From Raillietiella orientalis (taxonomy: Eukaryota): a stretch of DNA of 64,000 nucleotides. The stretch's first letter is position 1, and each line of letters begins with the position of its first letter. The notes beneath the pieces were generated by a model. It ran no database searches. It was not told the origin of the DNA and was given only the letters and a program-made list of their open reading frames with translations. This document shows positions 50,760-61,100 of this stretch, piece by piece. Location of the stretch: the NCBI GenBank assembly GCA_036172245.1, contig JAYWIR010000014.1:4216001-4280000 (forward strand), written 5' to 3'. The position numbers were made by a program, and so were the translations under genes.

Positions 50760-51365
50760 CCTGGGCACTGTCCACAATATCCGAGAGTGCATGTCAACTC
50801 TTCAAGTAAGGGGGTTCCCCAGGAGGGGACCACCCTAGGAATCCAGGAAGACATCCGGAGCAAGGAGTCCTTTCCTCCCACGCTAGGGAGGGAACCTTGA
50901 AAGGGAACTCCTTCCTCATTCTCTCAAGAGGGAGCCTGCAGAAGAACCGCTCCTTGTTTGCTCCTCCGAAGAGAATCCCGAAGGGATGCTTCCGAATTTT
51001 CTCTGAAGGGAGCAGCGCGCTTTCTTCGCATTCTGGGGAGGTGTCAGTCCACCAGCTCCGTGATACGAGATGGATAGGGTCCCCTTTCTGAGGAAGGGTG
51101 GGACGGTTTCGTTTTCACAACTAGAGGGAAGTCCGAAGGGGATCGACTCCCTGATTCCTGGAAGGACTCTTGTTAGTCAACGGGAGCATCGGGTTTCTAC
51201 CAGTGCTGCACCCGGAGCTTATCGTCCAGCTATCGTTATCCTGCCAGGGAATACGCGACGCGTCCATTTCTCGGAGTCGATCCTCCTGCATCCCTGGTAA
51301 TTCGAACCCGCAACACTTGACTCCTAGCGCGGCGACTGTCGCCACACGATCTCCAACGCGGGTCA
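50760..51365 (-). mobile_element. SINE-like repeat, copy 4
   Basis: Shares gaatccaggaag, gaagagaa and ttttcacaa blocks with copy 1; B-box GGGTTCGAA on the minus strand at 51301-51309. Confidence 0.72.
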
Positions 51366-54300
51366 GTGTAGAAAAAGTGCCCCGATTCACGATGCCGCCC
51401 AATGCAGGACATGGGCCTCCCTTGCTCAGGGCGTTGGTTTTTAAAGAGTGACCACGCTTCGTTGCGTTGAACAGGATGGAAGCACCACAAAATACACCCT
51501 TGTTGTTGTTGTTGTTCTGGCTTTTTGTGCGTGTTTCTCATTTGGACACCGCGGTGCTTTCGCAACAGAGGGAAACGCTTTATGCAAGAAGAGAGCCGAT
51601 ATTTCCAAGAGGAGACGAAGGTGACTTTGTCTAGCGGTCGCGTCATCAAGCAAAGCTCGTCGTCACCAGGTGCTCAATAGTCTGGGGACGTTACCGAAAC
51701 GAATGGGAAAGCGCCGCATTGTTCAGAAATAGGGACGTTGTTTGCACGGGCAGGTGGCAGAAGCATCTCCTTGGGTACGGAGCCCTCGAATCGCATCTTG
51801 TGCGAAAGCCAGAGGAAAAACTGATCCGATAGGGGTAGGAGAGATGCTACATTAGCGACATCTTCGAGGTCCCGCCGTCAGGTGCGAGGAGAGCACGCGA
51901 CCATCTCAGATGCTCTCCTACCTGTTTTCTGCATTTGCAGCCGCTCGTGGAAAAGGATAGATCCCGGGCAGCGCGCAGTGTATCTCCGGCGGGTAGTTCA
52001 CGTTGCAGCCCATCCTCGCCTCAAAGTGAACCGCATCGCTTCGCTCGAGCACAGGAGACATATACGAGAGCCACAGGAGCAGTCTCCAGGAAGGCGAGTC
52101 GGGCGAACAAAGGCATTCTGGCAGAACCGCTCTGCCTGCCAGCTCTCGAGAGAAATTCGACGGTTCGCTTGCGCGACTGCTGTAGGATCATTGGGAACAT
52201 GGCATCTCAAGGAACCGTTGCGGGAGCTGAAGTTTCCAAGGACTTAAGACAGCCAGCCCTTTTTGTTAAGCCAACGGAAGGATCACACAGAATGGAGGAA
52301 GTCGAAATCTTCGCGATCTTCAATACCTGCTTACCCTCCTGTTCTGTGCGTATGAGCTTATGAAATTGCTTCGAAAAATCTTGCGTCCACGTTTGCATCA
52401 GTTGGCGGATACCAATACTTCTTGGTTTCTCCATCAGAAGGATGCGCAAGCCTGTGAGTTCGGTATATCTTGTAGCCATATTGGATGTTAGAGGGAACAA
52501 GGCAACTCATTCTGGCATGGTGCGGTCGCGGGATACCCTGTCCTCTCATCGTCTCATCGCTATGAAGATCTCAGGACCCCGAGGGGTCAACTATGAGAAA
52601 TCTGACGGTGTGAACATCCTCTGCCGACGAAGAGACATCTCCACATTGGCTCTCTCCTTTCTTTCTGGAGCACTTTGATACGCGTTAGGGGTGCTCTCAA
52701 AGGAGAAGGCAAAGTCCAGGATCACCGTTCCTACCTTCTTCAGCAGCACCGGATTTGGGCGGAGATGGGAGTGCACTCCACCTCCCAGCTTGTCTCCACT
52801 GCCGTCTTAAATCAGCACTTCATGCCTCTGAGCGTACAGGAAGGAGGGCCACAAACAGCAATCCAGTATGCGAGGTGCCAGCATCTCACCCCGAACTCGA
52901 CGCTTCCTGCAGCTGCGACGGCCTTTTTCGCGCCCCTCCCCCTCTTCTCCATCCTCTTTCCCTGAGCGGGAGGACGTTGATACAGAGAGCACGGACGAAC
53001 CCGCAATCCGAAAATCGGGTGCACCTCTTTGAAGGTAGCCACACGGATCAGGACTTCCGGGAGCTCCAGCACGTTGAGCCGACCCTCCCCTCGTCCCTGA
53101 GATTTTCCGCGTCGGCCTGACTGCGCTGGAGACCGCTTCCTCCTCAGTGAGACGATGGTGTTGTCCAACATCCAACGCGGCTGCCTGCCGTGGCCCGTCC
53201 GGCACCTTACAGGCGAGCGAGAGCGCGCGGCCGGGCCGCCGAAAACCCGCCGAAGGGGAGCTCAACCAGCTCGGTGTCGGAAGTCGAGCAGGCGGGATCA
53301 GTCCGACCGCGAAGACCAATCCGCAGCGGAGCGTAAAACTACGCCCCACACGCATCTCTTTGAAAGTCACGCGGAACAAGGCGGCCCGTCGGGGCGTCTT
53401 GAGCTCTTGCAGTACGCTCGTCTTGAGCTTTTTCGGAGACTTCAAATTCTGAGCGGGATCCGTCGTTCGCATCCCATGGTTCGCCTCCCGAAATCCCATC
53501 CGACTCGGTGTGAACCACGGCGTCCCTGGTTCCAGGAGCCGCTCTTTTCTTTTCATGAGTGGACGAGTGAGCCACCAGTCAGATGCTTTACGGTGCCCAT
53601 CTGAAGGTCTAAAGTAGGTGAGGACGCCAGGCTTCGGTCGCACCGAGGTCTCTTCCTTGCGTGGGCGCGCCCCCACAAGACGGCGCTGTTCCCTGGAAAT
53701 CCGAACCGGAGAGGAAGGCAGGACATCAGCTCGCCGTTCTGACACTAAGAGACGAGAGCGGTGACCAGCCACCTCCTGCTCCTGCCTAGTGGGAATGCTT
53801 GATCCCTGACGGGGAAGGAAGTGGCGCAGTCGATGTGGGGGACAAGAATCCCTTGCAGTCGCGACGCCGCGTTTCCAAGCAGGAGAGAGAATAGGAGAGG
53901 AGGGAAACTCGGGGATGCTTGGAGGAAATCCTCCCCTGCTTCCTAAGGACCAGAGAAAGCAGCGCGTTCTGCAGCTTCTGCTGGACTACATGCAGTGGAG
54001 GAGAGGAGCGGAGGAGGGGGGGAGGGGCATGCAAAGGATGAGCAGAGACGTCTCTCCGCCCTCATTTAGGAAACGACCATGATGCATGAAGTTTCTTTGC
54101 CTATGGAAGACCTGACGGAAAGGGAAAGGTCGAGGCGCTTAAGGAGCGCGTCCCCGGCACGCGCTGGGGGAAGCGGAAGGGTCGGTTGCTGGATTTCTTC
54201 ACCCGCTATCACGGAGCGAATCCTCTCATCACCGCTGCCTCTCGCTCGCTGTTCCTTCGCGCACCAGAGATCCCTCGTGGAATTCAGAAAAACCTGGCTG

Positions 54301-54411
54301 CCTCGGCTCTTCTGCTCGCCGGACCCCTTAAGACTTCCTGCGCTGGTTGCGCACGCTGAGAATCAATTGACCGCCATGTACTGGACTGACTCCTCCTCTG
54401 TTCCTCACTAG

Positions 54412-55157
54412 GTTCGGGAGGGAAGAAAAACCGCTTGAAAGAGAGGAGACTTCTGAAAGGATTCCACATCCCTCCTCTGCAGCAGCAGCCTGTGTCCGCA
54501 TCCAACTCCAAACCGCCTGTGGCCGTTCCCAACAAGGCGGACACCCCGGCGAAATCCTCCCTCCGCACGAAGGTCAAGGTGCCTGGGCTGATTTCCAACA
54601 AGAACCGGACCAAGAAGCGATGGGGCACCCTGGTGGAAGCCGCCAAGAACTCGAAGATGCGGCACATCCTGGGATACCGCAGCCGGAGCGAAGACGCGAT
54701 GCCCAGGGAGGAACGGAGGCTGAGCCATAGCATGCAAGACATTCGAGACCTGGACGAGTGCAAGTCGTATCCCGAAAGGTTCTACAGCCTTGACGAACCC
54801 ACTGTGGAGGAGGAGCTCCCGCCTCCCGGCGCCTCCGACGAGAAGGAGAGGTCCGACATCTGCAAGATCAAGTTCACCCTCGACCCTTCGCTGCTTTGCT
54901 TCCAAAAGAAAGAGACCTTCCGTGGTTTCGCTGCGAGCGGCTCCTCCCCCAGTGCGTCTTCCAGCTCGAAAAACTCATCGACGGAAGGGGCGTCGGCGAG
55001 CCAAGAGCCAGGAAGTCCCCCTCAGAGCTTCGTCATTTCTGTTGAACCAGTGGAAGAGAACCAGGAACATTCGAGCGACGAAGGCTCCCTAAGGTTCCCC
55101 AGTGTGATTTCTGGAGTGGAAACAATACGCTGTGGAAGCGACCAAGGATGGCTGTGA
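54412..55157 (+). CDS. Trpgamma: exon 15, C-terminal tail (GGKKNRLKERRLLKGF...KKRWGTLVEAAK...SDQGWL*)
   Basis: cactag| acceptor in phase 1; motifs shared with TRP-gamma; TGA ends at 55157. Confidence 0.92.
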
Positions 55158-58100
55158 TTACATCCTCCCTACAAACAAGAATACATATTCGAACACATCT
55201 CTTGCGTTCTGGTTCCTTTATTGCATCAGAATCGCTCTTCCCCGCAGAGACGATCCTTTCTTTCCCTCCGAGCTTTTTTCCGACTGTAAGTCAGTCAGGG
55301 AAGCCTCGAAGCTCCCCAGGCGTTGCAGATATAATTGGGAGCAAATCTTTTGCACGCTGGAGTGGTCCAGGGAGCAGCCATCACGGTCACACGCGATCAC
55401 TCGGAGGAGACTCGCACCAAGGGCTGTATCCGTCGAAAAAATTTCTCCATACCTCTTCCAGCGTTTGCAAACCCTCCGGATGGCATTCCGAAGCGATGCA
55501 GTCTCTTGCTACCGTGAAGACGGGATGTCGGGTACCTCTGCTGAGACGCAGTGTCCTTTTCGAAAATAGAATTCCTAAGGAGGGAAGGGCTATTCATTTA
55601 AATGACCTGGTCAGCGGAACCTTCGAACAGGAAGCGAAAAAGGAGAACCTTCAGCTAAGATGAAAATGAAAAACGCATCCATCTCATTCATCTTTTCATT
55701 CTGGAATTGATCTCGTTGCAATTTCTTCTTCAGCTAGAGACACCCGCGTCTTCAATCATGATTTGCGTGCGTGTGGGTGTATGTATGTTACGTGTACGCA
55801 ATTCATGAGGACAGATCCTTCCAGTAATTGCAGAACCGGCTCCGAAAGAGTCCTTGAGGCGAGGACCAGAGAATGGCTAAACCCTCTGTGCACTCGTCGG
55901 CTACTCGGTACCTTCCAGAGGCTTTCTGCAAAGAATTTTTCCACTATACGACGCAATTCATCGGCACTCATCGTTACATCATCTCATGTGCAGATGAAGA
56001 GATGAGCTTGTGAGGACCTGGATTCAAAGCAGCCACTTGACCTAACATGCGGCAGAACCAAAAAAAAAAAAGAGGAAAGGATTCTTTACCGATTGGCTTG
56101 CTTCCTGGACTGTTCGTTGGAGCAGAGGAACCTCTCGGACAGATTCCGTAGAGCATGAAACAGAAACGCACCCACCCTGCCAACAGTGAGCGGTTCCCGT
56201 ATCTTCAGAGAGTTATTCGAAAAATTCCGGTCATGGAAATGGCGAAGAATAACGTTTCCACAGAGAGCACTTCCTATCCTATTATGTGAGACACATGGCG
56301 GTATTATATTTCTTTCCACAGCTTCAGGAGCGAGCATTCTCGGTCCTGGAGGACTCCTCATCACGAAGATTCCATACTCGCGTTACCATGTCAAATAATG
56401 CCAATGTCAAATAATCTGTAGCCCTCTGTGCTAGTCAACGCCTCTTATACGTTGCATCTTCTTGACCAACATTTCTTGAGATGCTGAACATACACCGACA
56501 TACAATTTTCCTTCGCCCTTTTTAAGACTTAATTCTTGGCACCAAGATTTCGCACCCCTTTCATTCATGTCAACTCCGTGATGTCCATTCAGCTGGAGCC
56601 ATGAGACCGCAGGACACGGTCTGATTCTGGAGAAATGGGCAACCGAGTTTTGATCTTCTGGTGGTGTCCCCTCGTGTCTATGTCTCGTATGCCATTGGAT
56701 GGGCATCCGTTTCTTGAGTTTTCGCGACCCTTCTTTCGTCACGTTCTTGGTCGTGTCTTCCTTGGCCCCACTCCCATCGTTACATCGCTTCTCCGAGCTC
56801 CTCGCCTTTGAAGGAAAAAAAGTCCCTTCGCCTGAATACCAAGGACTGACAGAGAGTCTCCTCAAAGCAGATTGCTGTTCGTATACTGGAAACCAAGAGT
56901 GCCATCCATGGTGGCAGCATGAAATATCAGGTATTCTTGACATGAGGAGAGGGTGGTGCATTTGGCCCACGACATCAAACGAACCCAAGGACGATCAGGA
57001 ATGAAAGAAGGAGTCTTCTCGTTTCATGGTGCGAACTGAACCCGTCTCTCGTGTCCAGGATTATGGGTGTAAGTGATCTGCTGCTCCCTGCAAGTGCAAA
57101 GCCTTCTGGGAAGCGAAACGAGTGTCCCCGGATTCCTTGATGTGCCTGAGGTGCTTTTCCGGTAGGTTCGAAGTCAATGAAAGACTAGCAGGAGGATAAG
57201 TGAGGGTGGGCTCTTCTGTCAGCATCTTTCCTGGAATTTCTCGAGGAAAACCTTGCGATCTGGATCCACACCTCCGTTCTTCACTTCCTCTACGGGAGTG
57301 CTGCCATCTTTCCGGACTCTATCGGGACGAGGGGCGAGCCGCCTCACCTCCTCAGAGATCATCCCTAAGGGATGATTCCTAGCAAGGAGTAGGTCATGTG
57401 TTTCTGGAATGATCCAGACTTTAGCAAGAATGGAAGCGTGCCTCGGGGATTCTGCAACTTCCTGGTGACACTCCACAGCACTTGTTCACCTCTTCCGGAT
57501 TATTGGTCGCCTCTTCGCTGGGCATCGTCTTCCACGTGAGAGAGATGGTCCAAATGGAGGATCGCAGCTGCCACTCCGAAAACCATCCCCAGCTGCCGTT
57601 CCCTTCATGCGAGGGATTGCCGAAACGAAAATGTAAACTACAAAGGGGTTGAGAGGTCGATGGCGGTCAGAGGACGCACAGTGAAGCCAGCCCGTCCCAC
57701 TCCGCCCTGTTATTTGCCTTTTGATCCGCTTCCTCCCTATTTCTGTCCCCTGTAAGGTTCTCTTGTTTTTTATAGAGTCGGCACGTGTCGGACCGGTGTC
57801 AGGGGAAGTCACGAGAGAATTTCCATCGCCCCCAAATACTCCTGAGTGCACAGTGACCGTGACTCTTTCAAGGCGTGGAGACAGCAGACCTGGCTAGGCC
57901 AGACAATGGGAGAGGGGTCATGGCCCCAAGAGTTCCAACATCGAGAGCGCCATTCCCTCGAGCGGGAGATGGAGGGAGCCACTGTCCCCCCTTGCCCCCT
58001 TCCCAACAGAAGGGGCCGCTTCACCTGAAAGGAATGCGGATGGATTCACGGTTTGTTTCCCGGAAGCACTGACTACCTTTCGACGGAAGGAATGTGCTGC

Positions 58101-61100
58101 TTCCAAGCAGCTCTTTCGTCTCGCGTCTCCTGAGGCTTGCGATGGTGCTCTGTGGGTGCTGGAGAAACCACGAAGAGCGGGGTAAGAAATGTGAGCGCCG
58201 TCTTGGAATGAACTCTCTCGTCGAGACGTGGAATATCTGAGGAAGCAGCCCCGGACGAGCAGGATGAGACCGCGGATTCTCTGTGTCAAGGGTGCCATCC
58301 ATCCACGTTCGTGATGACGGAGGAGGGAGCGGCTAGATGGTCGCTGTAGGGCGAACCACTTCGTGTCCACTGCCGGCAGTCGTGAGCGACTCTATGGGAG
58401 TCCCTTGGATGGCCACCGGGAATTTTCTAGCAGATGATAGCATCGGGTAAGATGAGAGGAATGCTGAACGCCCCAACCAAGCGAGACCACCTTTTGATTC
58501 CGTGTGGAGGGAGGTCGTTTATTCCAGAGTGACCCTCACCAAGCTAAACAGCACTTCGGAGCATCTACGGGGCACTAGCTCTTCTTCGGCAGCGAAGGAA
58601 AAACCGGACAGCTTGAGGGTTCTTCCTCGGAGACCCGGCGTGCTTTTGGCGTGCCCGTGACAGAAGATTCATTTCGTCCGCATTTCCTCCCACACTCATC
58701 CTCCTCCTCCTCATCATCATTCATGTCCTCGATCCGCCGACCTGAAAACCTACGCGTGAGCCTCTCTCCCCTGAGTTTCCTGAGTTTCCGTGAATCCACC
58801 AGCGACCTGAGCGGCCTTGGAGCTACTGCTAAAGGACGAGGAATTCCCTCTGGCAACGGTAGCCCGGAGAAGAAGCGGAAACAGGAAGAAGAAAAAAAAA
58901 TACGAAGTTCCGATGACATCGTTAGGGTGAGTGTTTGCAACTGCGCTGCAAAGGTGCGCTCGCAGAGTGCGCTGCTAAGCCCAGCCACGGTTGTCAAGGA
59001 AGACCTGGGAATTGGCGGTATCGCGAGAGTCTGAAGGCGCTCGAAGATCGCGGCCGTGCATTCGAATGCACCGCTTTTTTCTCCCTCCGCCACCCAATAA
59101 ACGCCTTGCAAACGAAGGGGGAAAAGGAAGAGGAGGGGGACAGCTCGGTTGGATGCGTGCATTCCCGTCCCGCCACCCCGTTCCCGCGCCCGAGGCGAAG
59201 GTCTCTGCACCCTGCAGGAAAACCGAAGTGGAGGAGCTGGGGTTGGTCCCTTTGTTACGGCGAGTCCCGTGAAGTTCCCTTCCGGTTCCCTCCGTCCCCG
59301 GTGTGGAAGATGGTGGGGTGTTGCCACACATGCAATCCGAGAGCGCAAACAGTTGAGGAAGGAGGGGAGATGATGCCGTAACGGGAGGGTTTCTTCTGAC
59401 TCGTGCCACTTCCGGAACAGTGCTTGCCCAGCCTACCGCTCTGAATGCCACGCGCAGCCTTCGCGACCTCTGTGAGGACCTCCTCCGTCTCCCAGGCAGG
59501 AGTCTCTTCGGTTCCTTCCGAAGACCGTGAGAAGGTCATCGGAGGCAAATGAGTCGGGGAGGGGTTTCCTGTCAGCGAGCCGGCTGGTTTAGCCCCACTG
59601 GCAGACTACCCGGGGCAGAGCGGAAGAAGAGGGGAGGAAGAAGGGGCAGAACGGCGGTGCGCCGTGGTTTCGACTGCGTGCAGCGCGCGCACGTCTCGCC
59701 CCTGGATGCGCCGGCCCACGGGGGCTGAGTGTGGTCCAAGCCGAGGAACCCCGGAAGTGCTGACGGCTCAGGAAGTTAGTGGATCGGCCTGTTGAGTTTT
59801 TTCTCTCTTCTGTTCGCAGCTTTTTCTCGGGAGCGGGGAAGAGGGAAACATCCTGAAATTCCTCCTCTGCTTCTTCAGAAGCGTACGGAAAATCCGTCCT
59901 TCTCACGGGGAAGGTGATCCATTGGTGGTGTCTGGGCACTTTGCTGCCGGACCATCGCCGCGCCTCGAGACGCCCTCGCCGCCTCCCGCCCCCGAATGCG
60001 AGGAGGAGGTGTCTGTTGAAAACCCTCGGGGTGGTGCGACACCTTCAGTCCGTGCACAGAGTCCCTCTCTCCAGCGCTTCCAAGCCGCAGAAGATGCTTC
60101 CCCTTGCCTTCTGCGGGAAGCAGGCAGCCGGCCGCAACCTCCAGCGGATTTCGCTTCCCGGAAGAAGACCCCTGCTGCCTCCTCCCGCACTGCTCCCGCC
60201 TTCCCCCGCCCCTTCTTCATCCCTTTCCTTGCCTTTAAAGACTCCGGAAAAGTCCGATGAGACTACTGAAAATGCTCGATGAGGTTCGCTCTCATCTTCG
60301 CAGAGGGATGCTCTCTCTGCAACCACCCTTGCTCTCGCTGGCCGCGCCTCACAAAAGGGAAACCCACCCTAGCGATGCTCGCTTCCTTGGGGAACAGCCC
60401 GCTGCCGGATAAGGAAGGAAGGGCAGCACGCCATCTTCAGCGTTTAGCCGCGCCATCGAGAGACCCGCGACGGAGGCCTTCGAAGAGACGCGAAGGACAA
60501 AGGGGCCGGCACTGCAAACCGGCCCTCCCGTTCCCCTCCAGCGAAGCCTGGCATCGGCCTGAGAGTCAGTGGTAGACTCTATGGCACTGTGGGATCCGAG
60601 GAGTCTCGGAAGAACGCGGAGGCGGTCGCTCGGGAAGTGGGACGCGCGATGCAGCTGCCTGCTACCGTGGGCGCAGGTCGTGCTCTTGACCTATCCTGGC
60701 TTTTCCTCCACTCGTGGCCCGCTTCTGCTTGTTTTTCTGCTCCCGGATACTCCTCTTTCGGCCCTCCTCCCTCTTTCGCTTGCTGATTGTCACCGTGGTT
60801 GTCCGGCTCCTTCGTCCCCGCCCTCGACTATCCCTCCCACGCTGGGAAACCATCTACTTCAAGGTCATCGACGAAGCCTCTGGCGGGCGCCCCTGGAGGG
60901 GCAGATCTAAGGAAGGACGAGAAGAGGAATAACCCATCAAGAGGACGAAGGAGCAACTCCTGCGGGAATTTGGGTGTCCCCAGCAGACGGACGCAGGATG
61001 GGCGCGCTCCGACGGGAGGGCGCGGCCGCGACACGTGCCGGGCGGCACACATCCCGTGTCACCAGCTGCGAGGATCGGCAGCAACGGCGGCATTAGGACC

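Larger units (their letters stand above)
3132..55157 (+). other. Trpgamma: TRPC-family (TRP-gamma-like) cation channel gene, 15 coding exons, ~1047 aa
   Basis: Exons splice with GT..AG and consistent phases into one ORF of 3144 nt. The product is collinear with Drosophila TRP-gamma as I recall it (EKKFLLAVERGD, TPDITPLILAAHRDNYE, LFW, EWKFAR, VTEDDVNEIKQDIS, KKRWGTLxEAAK). Confidence 0.95.
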
